DNA of 56,487 nucleotides, the filler included, from Squatina squatina (Eukaryota), in the NCBI GenBank assembly GCA_031763465.1. It is 3 parts of 3 records of this genome, joined end to end, with 100 filler letters (N's around TTAATTAATTAA, not from the genome) between each part and the next. Parts side by side here need not be neighbours in the genome. Positions count along the whole stretch, not along the records: positions 19,860 to 42,314 come from JARFOE010000219.1; 2 more parts are not named here. The stretch is one strand, 5' to 3'. A program made the position numbers and the translations under genes. Below the pieces are notes generated by a model. It was not told the origin of the DNA. It made no database searches and worked only from the letters and a program-made list of their open reading frames with translations. Positions within the stretch are counted from its first letter, which is position 1, and each line of letters begins with the position of its first letter. Positions 25,506-39,060 of this stretch are shown in pieces.

Positions 25506-25689
25506 CATAAGAACATAAGAAATAGAAGCAGGAGTAGGCCATTCGGCCCCTCGACCCTGCTCCACCATTTAATGAGATCATGGCTGATCTGATTTTCGCA
25601 TCAATTCCATTTTTCTGCCTGTTCCTCCCTTGTTGCTCAAAAATCTGTCTATCTCAGCCTTGAATATATTCAATGATTCTCACAGCTCT
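25506..25689 (-). mobile_element. CR1 LINE 3' end
   Basis: cataagaacataagaaatagaagcaggagtaggccattcggcccctcg is the reverse of a CR1 tail. Confidence 0.8.
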
Positions 25690-27484
25690 NNNNNNNNNNN
25701 NNNNNNNNNNNNNNNNNNNNNNNNNNNNNNNNNNNNNNNNNNNNNNNNNNNNNNNNNNNNNNNNNNNNNNNNNNNNNNNNNNNNNNNNNTGGTCAAGTGA
25801 TCCAAACTGCTGAGGCTCACATGATTGGGCCCCAGCAGGAATGGGATCAGCTGATCCCACACTTCCAACTTTAATAAAAAAGGAATCATTTCCTGTGCAA
25901 TATATGGATATATCTACCTACTGCAAAGGTATTTCAGCATTGCACTGCTTCACTGATCTGTTGTGACTGGAATCTGGATCGCTCAAATTATCACAACCCC
26001 AATGTAGGTTACAGTTAAAGGCAGAGATATAGGCTTTTACCCCAAAAATGTAACTTAAAATACAGACCACCACAGAACTTTTTTTTTTTTTATATACACA
26101 TGTTGACATGTTTATGGATACAACAATCTCAAAAATCAAACTCAGAAGTGATACTAATTACTTTGCGTCAAGTTTGAGATGAAATGAGGCATCAATTTCA
26201 CTTTCAGATAGTGACAAAGTCTACAGGAAATCCACAGCAAGACAATCCCACCTAGGATTAACCTTCTAACATGACTTAGTCACAGTGAAACAAAGCTTGT
26301 TGATACTGCACTAAAATAAGATACAATTCAGCTTCTAAAACCCAAACGCCTCATAAGTGAAGGTTGCATATTCATCAAAATATCCATACCATCAGACTGA
26401 AGAAATGCACATGATAAAACAGTGAAGGGCTCAGAAAATGAACTATTTTTGAAATATACTGGCTTATATAGACAAACAAAGCAAGTTTGCACCAAGACAG
26501 AATATAAACCAGAACAGAGCTTTAGCAAACTACTTTTATTGACTCACTGTGGGAGCTTAGATTTTTTTTAAACTCTTGTTTACTTGCTAGCTAATGAGGA
26601 CACATCACTACACCTTGTATTTAACAAACTGCAGAGGGCACAAGAGGTTTGGGTATAAATTCAAGTTATTTTTATCAATAGACAGTGCAAATTCTCTGCC
26701 TTAAAGAAGTTCACATTCTTCAGCCATTCTGCGCAACAGAGGCTACAGGGCTAGGCAGAGTGTTATTAAACTGCAAAATCACATCAAACTGATTTATGGG
26801 CTCTGATCACGGCTGCTGGGAAAATTACTTTGCATCACTATCTCAAGGTGACTGCTACCTTCAGCTTCTGCAGGCAGTGCACAGAACTCATTTCCACAGA
26901 AATAAGAAAAGGTTCATTGAGCAATTTGGTACAAATTCATGTCTTTCTGCACATCATTTAATGTGTTATTCTCCCTATATGCTTAACAACAGCATTCTCA
27001 AACACAAGATGAAGTGAGCACACCCTGCGTTTCATTGTGAGATACTGTTTTTATTGGTTTGGTTTCTTTTGTTCTTTATTTCTCATCCATCCATTTATTG
27101 TGATGCCTGAAAGGACTTTCTACCAAACTGACCTTGTCCATTTGCATATGTATTACTGCCAAATTTGGTGAATTTAGTGTTCATCAAGGTGAGAAATTCA
27201 TTGTTTGAGGAATAGAAAACCTTATGCTTTTGTTGTCAGTGATTGTATCAAGCAGACCAAGTTCAGGCAAAAAACAAGTTACCTGGCAAAGGTCTTTCTG
27301 CACTGCCCAACAATGTGGCTGAACCCCAACCTCTCCAGATTGCTTCTCCCCCACAGCACCAGTGTGATACTTCCCACATCAAACNNNNNNNNNNNNNNNN
27401 NNNNNNNNNNNNNNNNNNNNNNNNNNNNNNNNNNNNNNNNNNNNNNNNNNNNNNNNNNNNNNNNNNNNNNNNNNNNNNNNNNNN

Positions 27485-27592
27485 TATCTCCTTATGTGGC
27501 TCGGTGTCAAATTCTGTTTGATAATCGCTCCTGTGAAGCATCTTGGGAGGTTTTTGCTATGTTAAAGGCGCTATATAAATGCACATTGTTGA
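27485..27592 (+). mobile_element. L2-type 3' tail fragment
   Basis: Homologous to 2296-2400. Confidence 0.65.
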
Positions 27593-30500
27593 ATGTTCGA
27601 AGGTGGGAGTGACCGAGACAGGAAGTTGGGGAACAGTCCTTCAGCTGGGAAGGCTCGTTCCCAAAGGCATGGTGGTCGTGTTGGAATTTGCAAGAGTGTG
27701 AACTTGTGCAGGTGTCAGGGTGGTGGGGTCAGGCGAGAAGTTTGGGTCGAGTGGTGACCACGTATGACGTGTTACGGGAGGGCACAGAAGGACAATGGGG
27801 CTGCAGGCAGCCTGGTGGCAGCGAGTCTGAAGGCAGGTGGGCGGGAGGTCAACTGTGAGTGATGGAAGCTGATGAAAGGGCTGAGAAGGAAAGGAGCAGG
27901 AGGAAAGTTTGGAGCTCGGATAACTTTGTGGGTGTGGTGAATTGAGTTGCCAACCCTCCAGGATTGCCCTGGAGTCTCCCGGAAATGAAAGCGAATCTCG
28001 AGACACTGCTGCGAGCAAACTGGAGGAAAATCAGAATGGCGTTATTTTCTTTCATGTATTGCTTTCTTTGAACTTGTATAGAAGAGTCATGTTAAACGAA
28101 GCATACGTGAGTCGCAATGATGTTGTCAGTGGCAATAGCTACTTTCAAACAGTTTTATTCTCAGGCACATTCATGGAATAAATCAGCATACTCACCGTGC
28201 AGCCTTTTGTTTATGTACTATTGATATACAAAGCCCATTCTAGAGGAAAGTATTTCATATAAGTGTGACAGAAACCGAATTTCACAGTGTTGAGCTACAA
28301 GTTCATTGACACCTGAGGCCAAATTTTTAAAAAATACTGAGGTGAAGCATAAAACAAAGGAGTTTTCCTGGAAGCTATGGCGTTATAGAGGTCTGAATGT
28401 CCCGCACAGAGGTTAATTCAGGTCCTTTGGCAGGATGGCATTCAAGATTTGTTTTTCTCACAACTGTCACTGAACAGTCATATGTTAAAGGCACGCTTTT
28501 CAAATGGACAGGTGTGGAATTGTATTTCTGCTCCCTGCAATAAAAAGAAATGAGCCTATTTTGTGTCGTGACTGCAGCTGGCTTGATTTGTTTGCTGAGT
28601 AACATGCGGCAAATGGGAGGAAAAAATTAGATGGATTAGAATCATAATTACCAGTCAATATCCCAGAGTTAAGCCCCAGAACTTGTCAATCAAATGCAAT
28701 CAATTTCATTGCAGACATCTGTAAAACAATAAAAAAAAATGTGCAGTGTAAACGGCTTCAGCAATTCAATAAAGCACATCTTGGAAGGCACGCAAATTTT
28801 TTCACAGTAATTTGTTTCTGCAGATAAAATTACTTCAATGCAAATGATGCAATTTGTGAATTATTCTTTTCAAGGCATTATTGAATGATTAAATGGAAAC
28901 GTATGGTTTTGAGAAAAACTATTGAAAATGCTTAAAAAAATACATGAAATGAGTTCTCTTCTCAATAGTTTAATGTGCATTTATTTTGTCCACAGAAAAA
29001 AAGCTGAAGGATTCATCATATTTTGCCAGTGCCTGAGCTGCGCATTAGCATACTGATTCATCTCTGCTGCTCCAGCAGTCAGCTCCGCGCTCCCAGGAGG
29101 GTCGGCCTCTAGTCAGCATTCCAGAGAGAATTGATTCTGCTTGAATCCACNNNNNNNNNNNNNNNNNNNNNNNNNNNNNNNNNNNNNNNNNNNNNNNNNN
29201 NNNNNNNNNNNNNNNNNNNNNNNNNNNNNNNNNNNNNNNNNNNNNNNNNNCATAGCATTAAAACAGTTTACACAAGCATAAGGATAACATCAAGCAATAC
29301 ATACGACCTATGACTCAATGTCAAGGTAGCACAGAGATCAGCGCTTGCGTGGCACTTGTTTCTTCTGGTTGGATGTCCTCCTCTCGGTAGAGCTTCGTCA
29401 GGCTCTTGTCGACTGCAGTGTTGGACCTGCCGCCATGTCCCATTTTTAATATGGTTTTTGCTAGTTGGGGCGTATGTAAAAGTTAGGGGGTGTTCCATTT
29501 TGTCCAGTCACGCCCCCACTGTTGCTAGGACTCAGTAGTTAATGGGCCTTAATGATGGACAGATGTCTATTTGCATTCAGCACCTACATGATGTTCAGAC
29601 CAGGTGCAATTATCTCACTTTTGTGAATGATTGGAACGTGTAGGCCACCCTTATCTGTGTGCAGACCCTCTCAAGGCCTCTGTCTCATGTGTCCTGTCTC
29701 TTCTTAAACTGCTGAGGCAGTCAGAATCATTTTGACCACCNNNNNNNNNNGCAAACCTGAGGCCTGCTAGAAGTGTCTCTCAGCTTCTCCAGTGATTTCT
29801 TCATATTGTTGTCTTTGGAATTTAAACTCCTCAATGTCCCAAAGAGGGGGTCTGACCAGCTGGGCCAAATGACCTGTTTCCGTGCTGCAAATTCTATGTA
29901 ATATAAGTGATTGCTGCTTGTGTCCTATGCTTTACAAGTTCAACTCCAGTCAGCTGCCATTTGTGTCAGTCTCTGAGCAAGTATGGTGGTCAGTGACGAT
30001 CCTAACTGTATAGTGACAATTGTGGTAAGTTGGCATACAGCATGCTTTGGTAAAATTTCTTCTAATCTAATTTGAAATAACAGGAAACATTAAGGAGATT
30101 GGGGATCTGTATGCATGTTAAACCTGGAGGTAGGAGCAAAGAAATTAGCCTTACTGCAAAGCTGGGCTGTAGGAAGATGGGAACGTACTGTTAGATCCTT
30201 AAATCAGAAATTAATGTCCCGATTTTGGCTCCTGTGTCTCATTTTTGTAAGTCTTGGTTTTAATGTGTCAAAAGTGGATGAAAAACTGGCTTAATCCCAG
30301 ATAGTATTAGCATGCTTTTGTAAATATAATTTGGTACTTAAATCGTGTCATCTTGCTCCACAGCATCGGTGCTGCTCCAGCTTTGTGTTGTATTGATAGT
30401 GCTAATTTGCATACATTTAATTTCGTTCCATACTGTCGCTTGCATGTCCATCATCTATTGGGCATTCAACACATGAACAGACTGAACACTGCTTTGAACA

Positions 30501-30787
30501 CCTTTTTGTTTTAAACCTGTTCAGTAAACGAGACAGCAGTAAATCCGATCAACCAGCATGGGTGTACTAGGTTACTGTAAACATCCTTGATTTGATAAGG
30601 TCATTCAGATCCTGTTCGAGACAGCTGGCACCGATTCTACAACAAAACAAACAAAGTTCATACTGTATTATTTGTCTTTACGTTAGTTATTTACTGGGTA
30701 AGTTGAGAATCCAAAGCAGCTTTGCTCATTCAGCACGAGTGCTAAATCCCTTGTACAGTTATGCAGCATGAAGAATAGAATTTTGAT

Positions 30788-30936
30788 ACAAAAGCAAAAT
30801 ACTGCGGATGCTGGAATCTGAAATTAAAACAGAAAATGCTGGAAATACTCAGCAGGTCAGGCAGCATCTGTGAAGAGAGAAACTGAGTTAACGTTTCAGG
30901 CCGATGACCTGAGTATTTCCAGCATTTTCTGTTTTT
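30788..30936. mobile_element. Penelope-like (pLTR-derived) fold-back fragment
   Basis: Perfect 27-bp inverted repeat (30826-30852 / 30909-30935). The sequence aaaatactgcggatgctgga...gcagcatctgtg...gttaacgtttc resembles recalled shark Penelope-type repeats. Confidence 0.6.
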
Positions 30937-31069
30937 AAAAAAGGATTTTGGTACAAGTTCCTGTATTCATGATGTACTTACATTTAGATCAAGGTAATTA
31001 TTTTATTGGGCCCTAGATAATGCATGCTGGATTCCATTCAGACTCGTGTAAAATACCAACTTTATTGGC

Positions 31070-31339
31070 AAACCAGACTGATTCCTGGGATGGCAGGATT
31101 GTCTGTCGTATGAGGAGAAATTGGGCCTGTATTCACTAGAGTTTAGAAGAATGAGAGGTGATCTTATTAAAATGGATAAAATTCTAACCGGGCTAGACAA
31201 ACTAGATACAGGGAGGATGTTTAGGAAGTCTAGAACTAGGGGTTACAGTCTCAGGATACAGGTTAGGGCATTTAGGACTGAGCTGAGGATAAATTTCTTC
31301 ACTCAAAGGGTGGTGAACAACTCTACCACAAAAAAGGCT
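31070..31339 (+). mobile_element. CR1 ORF2 C-terminal fragment
   Basis: Encodes LGLYSLEFRRMRGDLI...RTRGYSLRI...FFTQRVVN. Confidence 0.85.
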
Positions 31340-31710
31340 NNNNNNNNNNNNNNNNNNNNNNNNNNNNNNNNNNNNNNNNNNNNNNNNNNNNNNNNNNNNN
31401 NNNNNNNNNNNNNNNNNNNNNNNNNNNNNNNNNNNNNNNACCCGTAACCTATTACCTGAGGCTGGGATGAAAGTGCCTTTTTTTCCAAAAAAATTGTTTT
31501 GTGCAACTGAGTTGCTGAAGATATTTGTTTTCACGCTTAAAATTCTAGAACATGTAAAATGTGATTTTAATCTTAAATTTATTAAAGTAAACTAACTGTG
31601 GATCCTGTGCAATTTCTTCGCATCCGATTTAAATGATGTGCAGTACTGAATTGCTTTCTTTTTCCTTTTAGGTACAATAAATAAGCTGCCTTCCCTTCTC
31701 CCAGTCCAAG

Positions 31711-31864
31711 ATGAGTGCCAAACCTGCTATCAGCAAGGAGATTTTTGCTCCACACGATGAGAGAATGCTTGCAGCAGTCCAGGTCAAGCGAAGAACCAAA
31801 AAAAAAATTCCATTCCTCGCAACAGGAGGTCAGGGGGAATATTTGACCTACATCTGCCTGTCAG
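31711..31864 (+). CDS. STXBP6: Syntaxin-binding protein 6 (amisyn), first coding exon (exon starts at 31672)
   Basis: MSAKPAISKEIFAPHDERMLAAVQVKRRTKKKIPFLATGGQGEYLTYICLS is nearly identical to the recalled human STXBP6 N-terminus. Polypyrimidine AG at 31670-31671; donor GTagtt. Confidence 0.95.
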
Positions 31865-32344
31865 GTAGTTACGTTGGTTTGACCGTTTGTTTGCTTCATT
31901 GGCATCTGATTACTTAATTAAGTGGCTGTGAGAAGAGATGAGGTGGTTCATGTTGTGGGGGGGAAGGAAATTAGGCAGGCAAAACAAAACGTTCGTCTTT
32001 AAATTGGGAGAAAATATAAGGTGATTAAACTAGAGCTGTTGTGGTGCACATTAAGTTAGAAAAGCTTTAGGAAGATGCATTAAGCCTACAGAGTTATTCA
32101 TGTGTTGGAATGAAGGTTATGGAATAGTAAAACTGCTTCATGAGGAAATGATGTTGCAGCACAATGTATTTTGCACACATCTGTATTTTGAATTGCTTCA
32201 GATTAATTGTTCCAATTTGTGCAGTGGGGGCCCTGTTTGTGTTCCGGTCCATTCTCACGCACCATCAGCTCTAGAACAACAGAGGTTTGTGTTCATTATG
32301 GTACGGCCAATTAGGCAGGAAGAGAACTAAAGGACGAGAGACCG

Positions 32345-32610
32345 TACGGTGGTGGTATGGTACTGGGCTAGCAACTCGGATTGAGAATTCAAATCTCGCC
32401 ATGGTAAATCGTGAAATTGAATTAATTTGGTCATTTATGGGCTGACATGAGAAAAAAATCATCACGAAAGCTGATTATTGTTTACATTAAAGGAAAACGA
32501 TACAGGAATTTCCTTTACGGAAGGGAATCTGTGATCACTCCCAAAGCTTGAGGTAGGCCTCGTCTGGCCTTGCACATGACTCCGGTTCCACGCAATGTGG
32601 TTAACTCTTA
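32345..32610 (+). mobile_element. tRNA-derived SINE (degenerate)
   Basis: Homologous to 35663-35920 (tactgggctagcaa, ttcaaatctcgccatgg, gaagggaatctg). Confidence 0.55.
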
Positions 32611-32814
32611 AGGGGTGAAATTCAGCTTTTGGGATTTCCTGGAGGTGCTCCCTGGGCGATCAGTTGTTTGCGGCGGCCGGCAGCGCTCCAGCCAGCTGTC
32701 GCGGTGTTCAGGGGNNNNNNNNNNNNNNNNNNNNNNNNNNNNNNNNNNNNNNNNNNNNNNNNNNNNNNNNNNNNNNNNNNNNNNNNNNNNNNNNNNNNNN
32801 NNNNNNNNNNNNNN

Positions 32815-32998
32815 GTGTTTACAGAGGGTCCACGGGAGGGTGTCAGTGTTTACAGAGGGTCCACGGGAGTGTCAGTGTTTACAGAGGGTCCACGGGAGGG
32901 TGTCAGTGTTTACAGAGAGTCCACGGGAGGGTGTCAGTGTTTACAGAGGGTCCACAGGAGGGTGCCAGTGTTTACAGGGTCCACTGTAGGGTGTCAGT
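32815..32998 (+). repeat. 31-bp minisatellite, about 6 visible copies
   Basis: Unit gtgtttacagagggtccacgggagggtgtca; runs into a gap on its 5' side. Confidence 0.92.
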
Positions 32999-32999
32999 A

Positions 33000-33402
33000 A
33001 CACCTCGATTTCAAAATTCTCATCCTTATTTTGATATCTCTGCATTGCCTCGCCCCTCCCTCTTTCTGTGAGTTCCTCCAGCCCAATAATCCCTGGAGAT
33101 GTCTGCACTCCTCTAATCCTGACCTCTTGCATATCCCTGATTATAATCGCTCAAACATTGGTGTCCATTTCTTCTGTTGTCTGGGCCCTAAGCTCTGGAA
33201 TTCCGTGCCTAAACCTCTCTGCCTTTCTACCTCTCTTTTTTGACTTTCAAGACGCTCCTTAAAACCTACCTCTTTCATCTGCCCTAATTTCTCCTCAAGT
33301 GGCTCAGTGTCAAATTTCTGTCTCATAATACTCCTGTGAAATGCCTTGGGATCTTTCACTACATTAAAGGCACTATATAAACACAAGTTTTTGTTGTTGT
33401 TA
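33000..33402 (+). mobile_element. L2-type LINE 3' end
   Basis: Encodes CLGPKLWNSVPKPL and ends in a gttgttgtt tail; homolog of 2055-2407. Confidence 0.78.
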
Positions 33403-35662
33403 ATAGAATAGAGCCAAATTGTGCTTTGTTGCTGCATGACACTATGCAGGAGGATTTGTTTTAGTTGTTATGGATAACGCTCTTATAATTGCTCTCAGAT
33501 GTGCGTTCAGTCAGTATCTCCAATGAAATGATAAACATTTATAATTTTGTCAGAAATAATTGACTCAAGGAAATCTTCAGGAATGCATTCACAATGTTGT
33601 TGCATTTAATGGCCAGAGCAATCCTCCCCACATTTTTTAGTTGTTTAAGTCAAATTACCACTGTTTTGAGATCAAATTCTGGTTTTCAGCATGCCACCCA
33701 CAGCGTATACATGTTAAGCTGTTTTTGTGCCAGTGCACATTTGCTCAAGATTTGGTGGACTGGGAGTGTCAAACAGTGGCGCATAAAATGGAAAGCTCTG
33801 TGGCTGTGTTGTGTAACCAAAAATGATGGACTTTTTAAGTGTTGCTGAGGGGTTGATGCTTTTGCATTGGTCCTAATTTTGTTTGGCAAATTAAGTTCTA
33901 CTGACAATACAGAGCATAATAGGAAGCAGTTCTGTATGTTTCAGATAGTTTAGAACTTGGTCCCCTTCCTCCTTTTGTGTTGCTGAACCCCCCCCCAAAA
34001 AAAGTTTCCGTAAACAATTCTGTTAAATTGAAGTTCAGAATCTGGATTTAGTGGATCAGAAGAAAGAATGTGCCAAATGTCGAAGTGCTGCTGTTGAAAA
34101 TTAAACAGGTTGATGAAAATTCTTCACTCAAAAGCATACAGTTACTGCCAAATATAACTGGGCAAAATATAGTTTGTTTCATGTCCAGTTGGTGGTAGTG
34201 TATTTATTGGCAAGATAAATGGAGGGAGCGGTAGCAGAAAGAACTTGAAGTGATGCATTTTAGTCTGACAAATAGCAGGGGTACAGAAATCAGTGTGAAA
34301 ATCTGAAGCTCCACAGTTATTGCCCAAAATATCTTGTGCGAGCTCGTGACAAGTTCAGCAAAAGTAGCCTTATGTTCTTGGTTGTGAAAGAAAATTGCGA
34401 GTGGATCCTTAATTATCGGAGAAGACAATGACAAGATGATGGTAATTGCAGCTTGCTGTACTAGTGACGTGCTTTTCCTGCTGACATTGTTATTGCTTGT
34501 CTACCGTTTTCAGCCCCATCCTCTCAATAAGAAAAATATTTTAAAACCATTTGTTTCACAGAATGGTCTGCTGTGATTGTCATTTAAATACTTAACAGAA
34601 AAAAATTCTATTGCAGCCTAGTTGCCTGCCACTTTCAGAAAATGTGAGGCAGTCATTCGAAGTGTAATCGAAAATCATTATAATGTAATGTAGCTATTAT
34701 TTACAGGAGGGAAAAAACTAAAACTTTGTATTGGTTAATGTGAAACAAAGAGCTTGTATTTCAGACCTAAGTGTGTTTCTCTTTCTGCATTGCTTTGTGT
34801 CTAATTGAAACACCGGATGAAAAGCACTGACATTTATGGCACTTTTGTTTGCGATTAGGTCTGCCGCTTTATACATGGCCAGAATTGGTGTTACTTTAAA
34901 ATAACAGATTCAGCCTTTGAACTCCTTGCTACACGGGTGTTGAAGGATGCAGATGTTATAATGNNNNNNNNNNNNNNNNNNNNNNNNNNNNNNNNNNNNN
35001 NNNNNNNNNNNNNNNNNNNNNNNNNNNNNNNNNNNNNNNNNNNNNNNNNNNNNNNNNNNNNNNTCTCTTGTGTGGCCTCTGCCTGTGCCTTTCTGCTGGC
35101 ACCTCTGCAGGCTGGGGCTGCGGAATTTCTTGAGGTCTGCCTCAACTTCCTGCCCACTTAGGCCATCTCCCTGCTGAAGCCTTTGCCTGTGCAGCTGTCT
35201 TCACCTTCCCTTCTGATGAGGTAATATTACCGAGAAGGATGTGAAGCCAGCCTGTGGAGGCGTCTCCTGTGGATACCTCTGCAAAATATCCCGCGAAGCG
35301 ACAAACCTGCCTCCAATGAGAAAAAACTCTTTGCGTCCCAACAATGCCTATGCCCAGTGATATAGGAGCGCTAAGAGGTAGCCAATTTCGGGCCCATGGT
35401 ACGTGCTGGGATGCTGCAAGGGAGGCCCGTGAGGGCCTAATTCGAGTTGAATTCCAGTAATTCCCAGCCCAGTTGCCACTGCTGTCCGCCTATCCCAAGG
35501 CCACATCCATCTGCGCAGTTACTGCCACTCACCCACACTGACATCTTGCCCTGCCATCACAGTGGCAGTGCACACACTGAAATGAAACAGAGGACTAATG
35601 AGTCAAATAAATAATCTTTATACAAGTGATGTGCCAATTATATACAGTTCAATATTCGAACT

Positions 35663-35920
35663 CGGTAGCGTAGTGGTTAAGTTGCGGGACTAGTAATCCA
35701 GCGGCCTGGACGTGATCCAGAGAGGTGAGTTCAAATCCCACCTCGGCAGCTGTGGAATTTAAATTCAGTTAATTAAATAATCTGGAACAAAAAAGCTAGT
35801 GTGAGTAATGGTGACCATGAAACTATCAGCTTGTTGTTAAAACATCATGTCACTCACAGGAAGGGAATCTGCCATTCTTACCTGGTCTGGCATTCTGTGT
35901 AGCTCCATGGACTACAATGC
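35663..35920 (+). mobile_element. tRNA-derived SINE
   Basis: A box tagcgtagtgg and B box gagttcaaatccc; body shared with 32345-32610. Confidence 0.65.
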
Positions 35921-35924
35921 CCCT

Positions 35925-36419
35925 CCCCTTCATTTAAATGGGACAGCTGCTGCACACTCTGCATTACTGGGCCAACAGGGATGTGATCAAGTGGGCCAGT
36001 AGCCTGGCATGCTGGGCTACAGGATGGTGGCCTGCGTGACACGAGGGCTGCCATCGGTCACCAACAAAAAAAAATGGCAGCCTGAAGCACAAAAGGCCCC
36101 CCCTTGAAGGGCAGCCTGGGCTGATGCGTGACAGCTTAGCGCCTGTCAGTGCCATCGCTGTCCGCCAGTCTCGCCTTCTGCAGGGTGCAAAGGGGTCGCA
36201 GCGGGCCAGTGAGGGGTCGGCATGCACGGTGATGATGTCTTCACCGGTCGCACGCTAATCACTGGGCATGCTGCTAACGGCCTAGTGCCTCCGTGACCTC
36301 CTGGCCAATTTCCTGGGAGGCGATAACGCACCCCCCCACCCTGTGCGAAAATTACTTACTGCCCGTTAGCATCCCACGGAGGCACTAATAGGGCTATTAA
36401 AAAGGGAAATTTTGGCCCC
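35925..36419 (-). mobile_element. GC-rich DNA-transposon-like repeat, same family as 10398-11010
   Basis: Ends ...aagggaaattttggcccc; its reverse complement aligns with the start of the 10398 element. Confidence 0.55.
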
Positions 36420-37778
36420 TAACTATATTAGGGAGTCTACAAAAATGATTATGTTTAGTATAAAATTCATGTACTGAGACAATACATACAGTGAAGTTCT
36501 TCATTTCACAAGACGTGTCCGCACACTGAACTGATTGATAGTTATCAAATCAGGGAGGTGCCAGAAGATGTTCCATCTTGAGCGTGGTGGTCAGATTTCT
36601 TATTTCAGGAACACACTCAACAAGCTGCTAACTGTCCCTCTATTTAGGCCCTGAAGCAACAGCCTATGTTACTTTCACTACACCTGTCAATTAAAAACAA
36701 CTGCAAGTGGTAACACTTGTGGACCAATAAAGGCCTTCCATTTAACTGAAGGAATGTTACCTCATTATCACCTGACTGCATTGCACAGGGGTGAGCTTGT
36801 AGGACTGTTTTTGTAAAAAAGGTCAATTTGAGTGCTGGTGTTGTAACGTCAGCTGCAATTTGGTGGTCTGCATGGTAATTTAATTCAAAATCTAATACCC
36901 TCTATCTTAAACATGCATGTATATAAAATAAAGTGGATCTGACTGGTGGTTACAGTTTTATTCTAAATCTGGTTTACTAAGAAACTCCTTAATTTTGTGT
37001 TAAAAAAAAATCAATTACCACAGCTCTAAGGGAGTGCTGATTATCTGCCACTCGTTGTCACTAAGGAACACTACAGATACAATAATTATTGTTGCAAGAT
37101 GTGCTGGTGACATTTAAAGGCAGTAAAATGGGAATTTTATCAATTCTCAATGACACTTCAAATGGTAATTTCCATTGTGCAAATAGTGAAGGCCAGAATT
37201 AAAACAGTGATACCGACTGATAATTCTGTCTCTGGCAGTTCCAAAGAGTGGATGCAGCTGAAATGTCACATGGTCTTAAATTTGAGAATCCAACATGGGA
37301 ATTCCAATCGTTTAATTACAGCTCTGCTGAAAATATCAGACACACTAATGTTCCTTAATAAAAAATATAATATTTAGCAATTTGCCTCCTACAGTGTCTG
37401 GAATATAGATACAAAATCTTAAATCAATTTTGCCTCCTTATTTTACTGCAACTTAGCACTGTGCATTGATATCAGTTTTCTTAATTTTATTTATCCTTAT
37501 TTTGTGTGGTTCATTCTATTGATTTCTTTTTCGCCAGTTTCCTCTTCAGTACGTGGTATAATTTAATAATGCTTGTTGGGCTGTCATGTGCTGTGAAGGT
37601 ATAAACATGAGAGATCCACTGAACACAGGACCACACGAGTGAAAATAGTATGGCTCACTGTCGAAATCAAGACAGTTCCTTTCATGCCAGAAAGTCCATT
37701 TTTGCAGTTTTCTGAAGTCACTGAAGATCCCATCTCATGCCAAGCTAAAGATGGGATCAGAAGGTAATATCAGAATTA

Positions 37779-38373
37779 TAACAACAGTTTGCACTTGTAT
37801 AACACCTTCTAATGTATTGATGTGTTGCTCATCACTTTACAAAGGTGGAAAATAACCGGACACTGAGAAATGGAGAAAGAAAGTTTAGGGTTAGTGACCA
37901 AAGACAAGATTGAAGAACTAGGTTTTGAGGAAACAGTTTGAAGGAGAGGAGAGGTAGCAGGATGAAGGGGCTTAAGTAGGATGTTTTAGCCCTGCACACT
38001 GAACAGTTGAAGGTTCTGCAGCCAAAAGAGGAGCAGAAAGAGGGTGAAGGATAAGAAGGAGGCTGGATTCAGAAGAATTAGGGGCCTTATACATAACATA
38101 GACCCGAATGAAGTTACAGAAATAGGGGTGAGGCCATGGATGGATTAATAAAATAGGGACAAGGATCTTGAAATTGATACATAGATGGATAAGGAACCAG
38201 TGAAGGTTGGTAAGCACGGTGCAAAGAGGAACTTGGTGGAGTTTGAGTTTTGAATGAGACACTATTTGTAAAGGTAGAACTTGGGAAGGCCAGCAAGGAG
38301 ACCACTAGAGTAAACTAATTAGAGATGACTAAGACGTGGATAACTGTTTCAAGGGCAGAGGCAGGCGATGTTG
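37779..38373 (-). mobile_element. Old L2-type LINE 3' part
   Basis: Minus-strand ORF VLTNLHWFLIHLCINFKIL (L2 'LHWLP..RI.FKIL' motif); the tail resembles the other L2 copies. Confidence 0.7.
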
Positions 38374-38473
38374 NNNNNNNNNNNNNNNNNNNNNNNNNNN
38401 NNNNNNNNNNNNNNNNNNNNNNNNNNNNNNNNNNNNNNNNNNNNNNNNNNNNNNNNNNNNNNNNNNNNNNNNN

Positions 38474-38790
38474 AATGTCTCTTTATAATTTTATGCTCCA
38501 ATCTACACTGCTCATCACCGATCTTTGTGTCATCAGCAAACTTGGATATCTGACTCTCTATTGTGTTATCTCAGTCATTAATAAATATAGTGAGTAGTTG
38601 AGGCCCCAGCACAGATCCTTGTGGGACACCACTAGTCACTTGCTTCCAATTTGAGTACATACCCATTATCCTACTCTGTTTGCTACCACCTAACCAATTT
38701 CCTAATCAGGTCAATAATTTGCCATCAATTACATGTGCTTTAATTTCAGCAAACAGTCTCTTATGTGGGACCTTATCGAATGCCTGAAAA
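38474..38790 (-). mobile_element. CR1 reverse transcriptase fragment
   Basis: Reverse complement encodes [11 protein letters not shown] and ISKFADDTKIG. Confidence 0.85.
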
Positions 38791-39060
38791 TTGCTTTCCA
38801 TTTTCAAACTATTCCCAAATTGATAATTCAGTAAGCGTTACAAGATTATAGTACTACAAAAGGTGCACAATCATAACATTTTAGAAAGGTAACTCCAAGT
38901 GAATGACTAACAATACTTGTAAGTTATGAACTAATCAACTGATAATAATTTTTCACCTCAGTCCATGCATTTGTAGGGCAATATTGGTTTTCATTGTGCA
39001 TTGGCATTGTTTCAATACAAAAGGGTAATAAAGCAACGTATTAACTTTTTTTTCTTTCAG

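Noticed and set aside
32615-33071. ORFs in all three + frames
   Set aside because: Produced by a gap plus the stop-free 31-bp minisatellite.
35663-35750. tRNA gene (also 8770-8835)
   Set aside because: A/B boxes run into SINE bodies and no full cloverleaf forms; these are SINE heads.
31865-39060. Loss of the STXBP6 exon encoding VTNKKP...GIDPN
   Set aside because: Not found, but three 100-N gaps of unknown size lie in this interval, so absence is uninformative. The same applies to the missing PRCP and DDIAS exons.
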